Notes: generated from the sequence alone by a model not told the origin. DNA of 63,272 bases, filler included, from Folioceros fuciformis (GCA_049999805.1; 10 parts of 10 records of this genome joined end to end with filler, not necessarily neighbours in it), one strand, 5' to 3'; counted from the first letter of the whole stretch, positions 37,502-50,325 are shown. Numbers and translations are program-made.

Positions 37502-37791
37502 TTGTCCCATGGTTCTGCGTAGTTTCCTCTTGGCATATCCAATATGAGCAACTTATACTCTCGATTACTCAAGTATGCATCCATTTCTCTGAGATCACCG
37601 CTTCTCACCTGATATTTCACTTTCTGTTTATTGCTAGGGACTTGGAAGGTTGAGAGTTTTGCATCATTGTCCTCATCCGCTTATTTTCGTTGCAAATCCT
37701 CTACTCACTTCCAATTCTAAGCGGCATTGATGTGCTCTTTAAAAGAATCCAGAATGACTTTCTCCTTGTATTCCTTTGCCTAGTAGAGTGT
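37502..37791 (-). pseudogene. Methyltransferase family copy C, motif IV exon fragment
   Basis: After a TGCAG acceptor: SFKEHINAA*NWK*VEDLQRK...GDLREMDAYLSNREYKLLILDMPRG, homologous to copy A exon 2. Confidence 0.75.
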
Positions 37792-38149
37792 CTGCATAAA
37801 GTACCGACTTTCGCGTGATGGATTAGTGTGAAAGTTAGAGCATGGGCATGAGAGCGTGAGAACGCAAGGGGCAAGTGAGCAAAGACAAAAGCAGTTATAA
37901 TTCATTTCACAAGAAAGTGTAAATATATAATTAGGTATTTAATAAAGTATATTTCTGATTATAAAACTAACCTAAACTAACATAATTTCCTTTACTCCCT
38001 CTTAGTTGAAATAATCAAGATAAGGAAAATATGAAAAATAGGCTAATGTAAACCATAACACTAAAACCAAAACAAACAACTAGCTCCCTCTTAAGCTCCA
38101 AAAGAGGGTAAGGCCTTAGTGTTGTTGTTGTTGAGCAACACACGACTAG

Positions 38150-40318
38150 CACAAAACGTTGTGGCTTCATCCACTGCGCTGATCAACATACCACATTAAT
38201 GTGCAGTGCCAATCTTGGCCANNNNNNNNNNNNNNNNNNNNNNNNNNNNNNNNNNNNNNNNNNNNNNNNNNNNNNNNNNNNNNNNNNNNNNNNNNNNNNN
38301 NNNNNNNNNNNNNNNNNNNNNAGCCTTGGTAAGCAAATCTGCAATGTTGTCACTTGTTGGAATATAACGAACTTCCAACTCGCCTGTATCAGCAGCTTGT
38401 CTTATAAAATGATGAGTAATTTCTATATGCTTCGACCTCGCATGGAAAATTGGGTTCTTCGAGAGTGCCATAGCAGATTGGTTTATCACACCATAATACT
38501 GTAGCACCTGATGGTAGTTGCTGTATGCCTCTCAAGAAAGAACGTATCCAAATTACTTCTCTTGCTGCTTGTAATAAAGCTCCATATTCGGCCTCTGTAG
38601 ATGATAAGCAAATAGTAGCCAACTTCTTGCTTGACCAAGAATCTTGCACCAGTTGCACGTGAAAGTATGTCTTTGAAGGTTGGGCTGCCGAGAGGTTGAA
38701 GATCCTCCTCGTGTTGAGCCCCCACCTCCTCTGCCACGATTGCCTCCACATCCTTTTGAACCAAACAAAACTCTGCTGCCTTGCTACATAGTAGGCTTTG
38801 ACTTGTGAAGGCTCCTCCGGCGTTCTTCAGCAATCAAAGCTCCAAATACCTGCTCCAATGTTACATCGGCACCAGGTCCAACTGCTTGAAGAGTAGCATT
38901 CTGAGAACTGATAAACTGAAAATAACTATCAGGCAGAGATGCTAAAAAGGAAACAGCTGCTTGAAACTCAGTGAAAGTTGTCCCACAATATGCAAGGGTC
39001 GCACGAGCTATGCGAAACTTATTGATATAAGACTCAACAGTCTCATTATCCTTCATACAAATATTGAAAAAATCCCGATGCGCAAAAACAAGGGAAATAG
39101 AACTCTTATCTCTATAGATGAGTTGGAAGTTGTTCCAAACTGCAGCTGAGGTGTCAGCGTCCATGGTATGCGGCATCATGTTCCTGTCAAGGGATGCCAA
39201 CAGGATTGACCGGGCTCTCCTGTCCTTCCTTTGCCATGCAAGAATATCAGCAGCATTTGCATTGTTGGGCTGTGCTGCTGGTTTTGGTTATGTTCCGTCC
39301 ACAACGGACATGAGCTCATGCTCCTCCAAAATCTGGGTCAGCCTCATGGCCCATATGTGGTAATCATTACCATTGAAGCGATCCTTGTCCTTGAACTCAA
39401 TCTTCAAGGAACCTGGGGTGATTGCCATAGCTTGCGCAAGGGTGTTGACAGGAGGCACTGGTTGTTGAAATGTGCTGGCTCCTAAATGTGCAGCTTGTGC
39501 AGTGGAAATTCCAACTCCACCAGCAGGATAGCCTGCCGTGCTTGCAAGGGTGCTTGCAAAACCAGTAGGGTTGCCTGCTGCAGGAGAGGGAACACCAGAT
39601 GGGTTGCCCCAAAAACTTCTCAAAAGCTCAAAAGGAGACGCCTCTTGCTGCTCATCGGTGCCAGTTGTGGAATCGACAACAGGGGAAGCGGGTTCCTCCT
39701 GCAAATCCAATCTGCCAAGTCCACATCTTCGCCTTCATTAAATTTGCCAGACGCTGATGATGGCGAACCTGGCTGCATGTCCAATTTTCAAACATTAAGA
39801 ACAGGGCACACGTGGGCGTCCCGGTGAAAACAGCCTAGCCAAATGCACATGCTTCTCCTCTTCAGTTGGAGTAGACAGAAAAAATAATTGTTGAATTCCA
39901 GTTAGAAGAATAGAGAGAAAATCTTGTAAATCATAGATCTGGTGAGATGCTTCCCTCAAATCAGCTTCAAGTTGTCGTTGTAGAAAGTTACGAGGAAATG
40001 AAGAAGGTGTATGCTGAGTAGGGCCTCGATTGGAAATACGTCTCACAAAAGGTTGTGGCTGGCTGCTTGCAAAATGTCCGGATTCTAGCTTCCGGCAAGA
40101 TGAACAAACAAAAAACCTTGCTGGTTTAGGTGACGGTTGAGGGCAAACACTTCTCCACTGTGTGTGAGAAGCTGCCTTGCACCTCGGCATCTTCACCAGT
40201 GTTGCAGCATCCTCATTGTTCTTGAGAGAATTTCAAGAGAAGACGAAATCACAAGTTGGCACCTCAGCGCTTCACTGTTCCTCTGATGAAGCCCGCTGCC
40301 CGTGCATCAGCTGCGCGC
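38150..40318 (-). mobile_element. Internally deleted Ty1/copia (gag followed almost directly by RNase H)
   Basis: Gag LKIEFKDKDRFNGNDYHIW, FLASLPDSY; then SWSSKKL...SSTEAEY and HARSKHIEITHHFIR; PR, INT and RT absent. Confidence 0.9.
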
Positions 40319-40418
40319 NNNNNNNNNNNNNNNNNNNNNNNNNNNNNNNNNNNNNNNNNNNNTTAATTAATTAANNNNNNNNNNNNNNNNNNNNNNNNNN
40401 NNNNNNNNNNNNNNNNNN

Positions 40419-41700
40419 AATAAGTACTCTTGGCAAAGTTATTACCCTGCTTCCATGAGCTATCATGTTCTACTCCATTTTTATCATGTGCAAACACCTC
40501 TTCCAATCCAATTTTGCTCCAAGCATTGTACAACTTAAACTTCTTGTCAAAATTGGGTCTTTTCAACAAAGGTTTGCTCATCAAAATGTTTTTATCTCCT
40601 CAGATGCCTTCTGTTGATCTTCTCCCCAAGTCCACACCAAATCCTTTTTCAACAACATTGTTTAGGTTTCACCACCACACTATGGTTTGCTACAAAATTG
40701 TGATAACAATTCACTAATCCCAAGAATGACCGCAAGGTCCCAACATATGAAGGCGAAGTCATCCTTGCTATTGCTTCCACCTTGACATCCCAAGACGTTG
40801 TACCACTAAGGATTATTAAATGGCCTAAATATGCTATCTTAGAGGATCCAAATTTGCACTTCTAAGGGTGACACGTCAAACCCGCCTCCATCAACCTTCC
40901 ATCCTCTAGAATCTTTGCAAAGTCTTCCCTATCATTAATACTCATTTCCTCGTACGCATCCTCTTAGAAATCCGCATGCATCCTCTTGTTTTTCACAAGT
41001 GTTCACTCCATCAACCAAACTGGAACTGAATCTTCTCCCTCCTCTAACTTCTACAATCTTTCCACCAGCCTTCATTTGCTTACTTTTTTTTCAAACCACC
41101 ACTGAAAGTGTTATCACTTCCTCTCATCCTCTTGGTCTCGCCCCCAACTTGTAGAGCACAGCTATTACTTGCTTCACACAAACTTCTCTTTCTTATTCTT
41201 GTATTCAAAATAATTTTCCATTTCCGTTTTCACTCCTGATAAACTTTTATTGATAGTATAATCCAGTTAATGGTATTCAAATCCATAGCTTGCCCAAGCT
41301 ACTTTTTCCTCTACTCAAATGTTATGCCCTTTGCATAAGTGGTGTCCATGTCAAAACCCATAGCCCTTTCCCTCTCCATGGGTGACGAAACATCCCATAT
41401 ATTTCTTCTGATATCAAATACCATTCCAGGTCCAATTCCTTTAAATGCATTAGCATTTTCACAGCTAAGCAATGTTAGTCATGTCCTTCTAAGCTCACCC
41501 TTTTTTCACACAATAAAAGGGTTGTCTATCATATGAGACTACTTGCCCACTTACTTGCCCCTCATCTAAAATCTAATCAACTATCAACTCCTCATTCATA
41601 TGCCAATTATCTATGTGCCTTTGCAACAAATACTTGCGCATCAAGTTATTTTAAAGACATTGAAGTCATTGAGCCCTTTATCTAAATTGCACCGCATCCA
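40419..41700 (-). mobile_element. Heavily decayed gypsy-type pol remnant
   Basis: PLLKRPNFDKKFKLYNAWSKIGL resembles the gypsy RT/RNase H junction; remainder AT-rich and fragmented. Confidence 0.5.
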
Positions 41701-42372
41701 ACTCTATAGGTTCTCTCAAATAATACTTGATTTCTTCAAAATCTTGTCTTAGTGCTAGCATTTTGTTATTTCTTACACAGCTGAAACAACCTAGCCTTTG
41801 CAATGTTATGGAGGCGTGGATCTTGAAGTCCTCTTTAAGATTCTTATCCAGGTTCCGAATCCAGACCATCTTTCGTCATGACCGAAGTATGCTTGTGCCT
41901 TGCAGGCAGACAGAAAACAAGGACCTAACTAAGATACCTCTAGTTGGCGGAAGGCAGATGCGGAAGAAGTTGTGGCGTGTTCGTCAGAGACATTGAGAGA
42001 CAGTGGGGTGAGCACAACCAAAACGAGGCTCCGTACGGGCCTTTGCTGCCTTCCTTCTGTGCTTAGCGGAGGTTGGCTTCTAACCTTGCAGCATGTGCGA
42101 TTGTGAACAGCTGGAAGCTAAAATCGTCTACGATTAGGGTTTAGCCCTAATCGTCCACAATTGATAAGGGCTAAACCCTTAATCTGGAAGTGTTGGCAGC
42201 AGCAGCGGTGAAAGGAGAGGCCCTGGCTTACCTTGTTCGCAGGTAAGCCAGGGCCCACTGATTACAATCCCCTCGTACGTGGTGATTCTGAAAGTGATGC
42301 GGAACTTTTCAGTGTGCCAGGCGTTCATGGGGTCATGGTAAGACTTGATCAAACTATGATGCATGAGAAGCT

Positions 42373-43290
42373 TCAAACATTCTCTGTCCAAACGGTGCGG
42401 CTCACGGCAGTCTCTTGGCTACACTCAAGGAGGAGTTGCTGCAATGGCATGACCTGAATGCCAAAAAACAATCCCACTGCAAAACTCATCTTCCTTATGC
42501 TTGCCTTGTCGTCCAGCCTGCCAGCAGCACCATGGTTGTCTCCCATGATGACATATGATGCAGCGATGGTTGGGTCTAGCTTTAAGATGGCCTCTATGAG
42601 AATTTTCGTATATCCACGTTTCTGTGGATCCGGCTCGCTCCCAGCAAAGACATCCACAGACTGCTGTCCGCCTCCACAGGCAGACTGGTGATGAAGTGGT
42701 GAGCTTCGTCTAGGCGACCTGACGGGCCTAACATGTCAGTCATGCATAAATAGTGGTCCATGCCAGCAGCCACACCGCATTGCTCATACATGGCCTGGAA
42801 GAGGCGGGTTCCTTCCTCTAACAGGCTACTGTGACTGTAGGCAGACAGTAAACAGACGTATGTGACCTTGTTGGGATGTCCGCCCTCCCTCCGCATTTTG
42901 ATAGAAGAGCTGAAGGGCCATCTCACCATCTCGGTACTGGGCATATCCACCCATCATCGCATTCCAAGACACCAGATCCTTCTTTCCCAGTCCTTGGAAC
43001 AAGGTTCTTGCATCTTCCAAACTCCCACATTTTCCATACATGTCAGTCAGAGTGTTGCCCACATACACATCAGTGTCAAGTCCAGTCTCCACTGCGGGAC
43101 TGACGTTCACTTCTGATGATAACGGAGTGAACTCGTCTGCTCACATCCAAATCTTTCTTTTCAATGCACCTTTGCAGGAGACTGTACAGGATGTTTGTCG
43201 AAAGACGAATGCCTTGCTGTTGCAAAGCTTCCACAGCCTGGATTTCATGTTCGAGCTGCAGCCAATCCTGGTCTTTCCAACTCCACAACT
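42373..43290 (-). pseudogene. PLS-class PPR (E-type) pseudogene
   Basis: VGNTLTDMYGKCGSLEDA, DLVSWNAMMGGYAQ, TYVCLLSAYSH, HYLCMTDMLG.SGRLDEA, LWMSLLGASRIH spread over several frames. Confidence 0.9.
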
Positions 43291-43885
43291 GTCATCCCGT
43301 CCCAATCTGCAACATTGCATGCAGAAGGTGGGGCCCTGGTCAGTAACTGAGCACACAGGAAGATGCACATCCAGGAATGCACTTGCCCCAAACCAATTGC
43401 TCCTTGGGAAACTCCTGAAGCTGCGGTTTGCTGACCTCTAACTGCTTTTCTGCCATTCCATAGCGAACCCTTTGCTCGGTGTTGCAAAAGGTTGAAGACT
43501 TCTGATGCTGCCTGTCAGTGACGTATCCGCAGGGTCAATTCTTCGTATACAGCTCCTATTGCACGGAAAGAGAGGAAGAGGCAGATGTCCAGCTTGCACA
43601 GTTTTGCATAACCAAGGACCAGGGAAGGAAGTATTACCATATAGCTCCCGCAGACATCGCCTGCCTATACTTGCGTCCGGCAGGTTCCGGAGCTGTTTCG
43701 CTGCAGCTCATGGTTGCTCTGATGGCACCCCACGTCTGGGTGGCAGGGATCGTTCAAACAGCCTTCTTGGCTGCAAGTTTTAGGGNNNNNNNNNNNNNNN
43801 NNNNNNNNNNNNNNNNNNNNNNNNNNNNNTTAATTAATTAANNNNNNNNNNNNNNNNNNNNNNNNNNNNNNNNNNNNNNNNNNNN

Positions 43886-45855
43886 GCCCTGGCGCACGAC
43901 GGCGGGAATGGCTTGGGAGGCTTTTTCGGTGAAGGCGGCTGGGGGGGAGGGGACGGAGGTAAGGGCGGTTGGGGAGTTGGTCCGACCGCCTCGCTCACGT
44001 CTGGGCTTCAGAATCGGCCCAAGAAGCCAGTGGCGGTAACGCTCGTCTCGTTTGCGGTGACCAAGGTTCTGTATGAGAAGGTTGGTGGCTCGGATTTCGG
44101 TGGTGGCGACTCTACGACTGTCTTGCATGCGTGTTTTTCATTCTGTTGTCGTTACTTCCTGGAGTGCAGTGTGTATAACGAGTCCTTGCGTTTGTGCAGC
44201 TGACCAAGCAGTTCATCCAGAAATGGCAGCAGGAGACAGGCCAGGTCGTGCGATTCCGGCTGAGTTTTGGTAAATTTCGATGACTGGGTTGCATGGATGG
44301 CTTCGTCTTTTCGTGTTTGTTTGTGGACGAGAAGTGACGTGTTCTCTGTGGTATCTTGCAGGCGGGAGTGGCTCCCAAGCTCGAGCTGTGATCGATGGAC
44401 TTCCTGCTGATATTGTGGCGCTGGCCCTACCTCTTGATGTGATTAAGATTCAGGAGGCAGGCCTCATAGCACCAGATTGGCGAACGCGGGTAATTGCTGA
44501 CAATCGAGTCACTGTTCCTTTTTCCTGCTGCCTTTCGCACAATTGTTGCAGGGTCTCGTCTGTGTTGCTGAGTTAGTGGCTTTTACTCACAGGTGCCAAA
44601 CAACGCTGTCAACGCGGAGTCTGTCGTGTGCATCATGACGCTTCCAGGCAACCCGAAGCAGGTTGCAGGTTGGGAAGATCTACCCAGGGATGACATCACG
44701 GTCCTTACTGCAAACCCGAAGACTGCCGGAGTTGCAAGATGGAACTTTGTCGGCCTATGGGGATCTGTGACAACCAATGCTGGGTGTAAGCAACATTCCC
44801 GTATCTTGTTTGGAGTGCATATACCATGCGTCTGTCTACAGGTGTAGCTTAATTTTGCGAGAGAGGATCAGAGGAGAAACAGTCATTGGGCTTCGCATTG
44901 AACCTGACGTCGTGTTACTTCTTATCCCAGCAGTAGAAGAGGATGCCAAAACTTTTGTGGAACGAGTGTTTGCTCGTGTACCAGTGCAGCCACGAGATGC
45001 GCGCGAGGTTTGTATGGCCTTGCACCAAATCATCTTTCCAAGAAATCAAACAAACAGGATTGTCACAACGTGTGCTGACGTATCTGCTTGTCGCTGGTAA
45101 CAGGCGTCGGATGTTTTCTTTCATCAACAATTAACGGATGTGCTATTAACTTACGAGAACGAGGCCATCGTTGCAAATGAAGTTGCAGCCAGGGTGAGTA
45201 TGCAAATGTGCATCAGCACTAATTTCCTGTGGTGTGTAACTACCTGGATCAAGACTGATCTGCGGGTGTACCTTTCCTTGACACAGCAAGGAAAACTTGG
45301 ACTTCCTTACGTTCTACCAGAGCCAAATGTCATCATCGAGAATGTGGTCTGTATTCTGCTCTGCTTGCTTTCTCATGTTATGTCTATCTTAAAATGGTTT
45401 GGGGTATTTAGCAGTCGGCGTTGCGTTGTGCAGGTGTCTATTGTGGACAGAAATGTGGATAAGAGTGGCACTAGGGAAGTCTGCGAAGCATTTGTTCAAT
45501 ATCTGTTCACACCAACTGCTCAGAGAGTCGTGGCTGAATGCGGATTTCGCCCAATTCTGCCAGAGGTAGTCTTTGAACTATCAGTTGGGGCTGTCATTTT
45601 TTAATTACTTGGCTCAGCTTTTGGTATCATCGTCAGGGAGAGCAGGCGCTTGAGATAACTGATATCCTCCTCTGAATATCTCAGGTATTGGAAGAGTATA
45701 GATGGAAGTATCCTGCCATGGAGAGGTTGTGGAGAGTGGAAGACCATTTAGGCACCTGGGATGTCGTGCACGAAAAATTCTTCAATCGAGAAGGTGTCTT
45801 CGATCAGATAGAAAACGATCTGCGCACGTCTTATGTACGACCACTACTCGGGTGA
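43886..45855 (+). CDS. sbp: Sulfate-binding protein of a bacterial-type (plastid) sulfate ABC transporter, 5' partial; exons <43886-44080, 44200-44269, 44362-44489, 44593-44785, 44931-45007, 45104-45193, 45287-45346, 45434-45565, 45685-45855
   Basis: [79 protein letters not shown] introns keep frame. Confidence 0.93.
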
Positions 45856-46610
45856 TGCAGAGCTAGTCCACATGGAAAGTGATGAACAGGGTAATCAGTT
45901 TCGAGAGTCGAGGAGAGTGTGGGATTCCAATTGGTTCCCCTGTCCCGTTTGTACATTACTTAATCACAACTAGACGGCCTGCAATTCTTTCAGAATTTTA
46001 GAGTTCTGCCCATCATAGAAATCACGAACTGCTGGAAATCTCGCATTGCCTTCGGATGAGGTTGTATCCTGAAACATCGATTACTCAACACGAAATGACT
46101 TACTGCAGGGGAACAAGCTGCATCTCCGGATGAGACCGCAACTTGCATCGATTACCAGTTTCTGTAAACGAACGTTCCCAACCATCTCCTTCAGCAAAAC
46201 GAAACAACCGGGGTTTAGCGTCCCACTGCAACTTATCACAACGGCTGACACTGCCTACCCACAGGACAAAAACGTAGAAGGGACTTGCATCCCGTCTGAT
46301 GAACGTTCAGGGCAGAAAAAAAGTCCTAAATTGGAGTACTGGAGAGGAAGGCAAACGGTCCACCAACTGAAAACCTGAAGGTTGTGTTGACATCAACCAA
46401 CAACCTTGGTTGATGATCCAAGTTCGCATACCGAGGTTCCAACACGGGCGCGATGTAACCTGGACAAGCCGTCGTCAAGGGCAAGACAGGCCAGGAGGGC
46501 CGCCAACATAGTGGAAGGATGGTCCGCTGCACAGTGAATAGATGGGGCAAGCTGGTAACGTTGCACAGGCACACATTCACCAACAAGGCATCTTGAACCG
46601 TGTCCCAAAG

Positions 46611-47446
46611 TTATGTGGCGTCCTTCTTCAACATTTGAATCGCATCTCCTACGGCTGGAAATCCTTTCTTCAACTCATTCCACTGATCACGCGTGAGACT
46701 GATGCCTGCAAGCACAGTTTTGCAGGTCATTAGTACCACACAACCAAGCGCCACCGAGCAGATAATGGGTGATGGAACTTTTGCCAAGTAATCCGCCACC
46801 TTTCCCAGGTAAGATCTGGCCGTCCTTCTCGTAGAACTCTCGAACAGACACTAATTTCATCCCCTTCCAGTCGGAGACAGTGAGATTGCGCTTCGACGTC
46901 AGCTGCCAACGGTAAGACGGCGCAAGTAAGTGACCTATCGCACACAACAAGCCCCCGCACCCATTGCCCATAATTCAACAGTTCTACGCCGCAGAGACAG
47001 AAGCCAAATACCTGGCAGATGAGCAATGCTCCATCGTCCATCCTAGTTCTCTCCTGCATTTCACCCTTCCCGCCCTTCCTGTCTTCTTCTTCTTCTTCTT
47101 CGGTAGGATTACGCTTGGCCCTCTTTCCCAGTGGCTGGGCGTCCGCCTCCTCGTCATTCTCACTTTCCTCTTCCCGGGCTTCCGCAGGCGCGTGCTGCGC
47201 TTCACTCTCCCCTTCCGAGTCCCCTCCAGCATCCTCAGACACCAGGAACTCCTCAATCAGCTCTTGCACCCGTTGCCTGTACCGCTTCTGAGAAAGGTCA
47301 ATTCCCGTCTCCTCTGAAGCCTGCTTCCGCACCTTTGCCTCCGTCATGACATCCATGTCAGCCGATTTCAAGATGCTGCGCACAACAGCCGCGATTCTCT
47401 CGTCCTCGTCCTTGCCCATGGTTCTCTCCACCTCGTCCTTGCGCAT
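46611..47446 (-). CDS. KELP: Transcriptional coactivator KELP (DEK-C plus PC4 domain); exons 47446(or 47419)-47012, 46902-46800, 46705-46611
   Basis: VRSILKSADMDVMTEAKVRKQAS; LTSKRNLTVSDWKG.KLVSVREFYEKDG..LPGKGISLT.DQW. Confidence 0.93.
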
Positions 47447-47919
47447 GTTGGTGCCTCGGCTTGTGCCCAAAGTCTTTCGCACCAGAAATTGCCTACAATC
47501 TACTCTTGCCTGACTGCCAGCAACCTATCGAGCAGACCTATGTCGAAATTCCTCCAGAGCAGAGTTAGGCCGCAATTCAATCCCGCAAGACCACTCAGCT
47601 TCCCTCTCGAACCTGAGACGCCGGCTTTCCTAAACCCCAGAGCCCTTAAAGCAGACGACGGGCAGAGTTATATATGTCTAGTCCAAATTATAAACCCAGA
47701 GCCCATTCAACTTCATAGAATTAGGCCCTTTTATCATCCCTGAATGATCTCGGTCTGTTTACGGCAAAAGTATCAAGCAGTAATGGCACAAGTAAAATAA
47801 GATGAAAGTTAAAAATAAAAGAGATGAAAAATTAAATCTAGAGCATAAGCAAGTATGCTTCTTGCTACCTTTAGAAACAAGATGTGTGTTCCACGCAATG
47901 AATAAGCCAATGCTAAAAT

Positions 47920-48248
47920 CTTGAGATAAAAGAGAGAGGTAGACAGTGAGAAGTCTAGTGTTAAGAGATAGTTATGGAGGGCTTGAAGAGCAAGTTTGTC
48001 ATATTGAGTCAAGGGCAATAGCCAGTGGGTGTAGATCACCAGACTCCTTAGTAAGTATCTTGAATAAAGAACAGCACCTAGAGGAGGTGGTTTGTGAGTC
48101 GTCAGTGGACAGTGGGCTACTTGGAACCTAGTGCCAAGTTGTGTGAGAGGGAGTTGAGTGATTTGTAAGTGGAGCACTATGAAGTGAATAGAAGAGATCC
48201 GAGGTTGTTGCTTCCTTTTACCTTGTGAAAGAAGGGGGGTGTTACTCG
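47920..48248 (+). repeat. Gypsy LTR remnant (probable solo LTR)
   Basis: Colinear with 62380-62705, which is followed by PBS and gag; no PBS here. Confidence 0.85.
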
Positions 48249-50325
48249 AGGGGCCTCATTCCATTTTTATTTGGATTCAGGGATAGATGGGATTTCCCTA
48301 TCTTGTCGTTCAATAAATTTTATTCATCCAATTTCCATGGTCTGTTAATCTTACAATATGAGCACCTAACAGAAAATTCTCCACCTTAAACAATAAACCC
48401 AACTCTAGCGCTTTCCCTCACATTTCGATTAATTGAGTAAAGGGCCAAGCCCAACCTACATAATGCTCCTCTACCATCCACTCTTCGGGACTCTCCACAT
48501 TCACGTTCAACGTTGTTGCTGTAGCTCATACACCTTTGTTTTAATAAGCTGCTACGTCCTTAGTTCTACAGCGTGCTATCCCAAGTAAGACAAAATGCAT
48601 AAACTAACGTATATGTTTTGAAAAGAGTCAACTTATCCATCTTTGGGGAATGGTGATTTTGGGCCTGTTTTCTACCTCTTCTTGGTAGCTTGGAGGGGCA
48701 TATCTCCTCTAGCAAATATCTTCCCTTAAACGCATTAACACTTTCTGTAATCCACCATTGTATGAGAAGGAAGGGGTCAACTAATGTGGCATCAACCTCT
48801 TGAACCTGGGCAACATGGCCTTCCAGCCCTGCTCCCTCCATTATCGTAGTTCTAGTAGGCCTATAGGGTCCGATGTACATATGTCTTGGCTCGGTAGTCC
48901 TATCTACTACATTCACTTCTTCCAACACTTGATATGCCTCCCCCTCCACAATGGCGGATGTCGTTGCCTCCATGCTATACCACACTGCACCTACGATGCA
49001 CTCAATTTCCTATCTTCTCCACTTAGAATTCTATGTGCGATAACTTTTGGGGACAACCAAAACAAGCACCACCACTTCTTGTCTTAGGTGCTTAAATATT
49101 TTTCCATAGGTTCTTCGAGCAACTTCCTAATTTGTGCCAAACTATGTAAAGGATTGGGATCCTATTCCTTTCCATGAATCTGCAAGCCAAGTAGCGGCGC
49201 ACCAACAATGGGAGTTGCGGGAATCTTGCGTAACAAATTCCAGGCCCTCCTATGGCTCTTAATAGCTAGATGTGAGGATAGTAATCATCACGCCTCCACA
49301 TTGCTTCTTTGGGTTATTTTGAACTAGTGTAACTATGATTCTTTAAGTTGCAAACTGTTGCATCATTCATCCCTCGCTTTCCTGTCCCCTTTGACCATAC
49401 GTAGGCTTGATAGTTAGCCACCTCTATCACCAATCTGCACTTTCTAATTGGGCATGTACACCTGCGTGATTAGCTTCAACATGGTCTCCAATAATAGGAT
49501 CTTCTTGCGTTTCAGTGTCCTTGAAAAACATGAGAAGGTGGAAGAGAATCAGGCCGTGGAATCTCCAATAATAGGACCTTCTTGTAAGGAGGCTCTAAAG
49601 GCTTGTACAAGAAGGCGTCCTACCCTTGTTGTGCATGATCCATCAATAGGGAGTGCCCAACATCCGGACATTAATTTTGACCATGAGAAACTGAAAAAAC
49701 ATAAGTATACCACATGAGTATTACTCAGCAACCATAGTTTTTATGCATTTCAACAACTTTATGTAGAGGACCTGGAAAAGGAAATGAGGTGTTTGTAATG
49801 TGAAGGCTAATTTTCGCAAAAAAGTGTCTTTCATTGAAAGGTTTTGACTCTTTCAATAAATTCACAATGACAAAGCCAATAAATTCACAATATTGCAAGC
49901 AATAAATTCACAATATTGCAAGCAAGGACTCCAATAACAATGACATGGAAGTATGTATGATTTATGCAAGATGCTAGGAGTCGTTGGGATGCAAATGATA
50001 GAGATGACCTATTGATGAAAGTCATCCGGGACGCAAATGACATGGACGACAAACAGAAGTTATCAGTGTGTCTAGTCAACCAAAAACTTGTCCATGTACG
50101 GGCAAGTGTGCCCCAACATATTTGGCAAAGGTGGTGAGGAACGTGGGAGAAATGGAGGGCGTCCCATCGTTGTGAAGTAAATACATGAAGAAAAGAAAAC
50201 CCTACCTACGTAGGCATAGCAATGGATCAGATACTTCTTTCGAGGAAAATGACGCGCAGGCACCGACCAGCGCCTTAACGAGTCTCTGCCACAACTGGTG
50301 GCTCAAAAAAAGTGAGTGGCATAAT

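Noticed and set aside
15421-37791. PIN gene and ParB-MTase as one defence-island-like system
   Set aside because: On different contigs separated by linkers and retroelements; no evidence of linkage.
43505-43785. Short + strand ORFs upstream of Sbp
   Set aside because: Separated from Sbp by an artificial linker; no recognisable motif.
48400-50200. Fragmentary ORFs between the LTR remnant and RPL24
   Set aside because: Probably a decayed repeat; no assignable domain.
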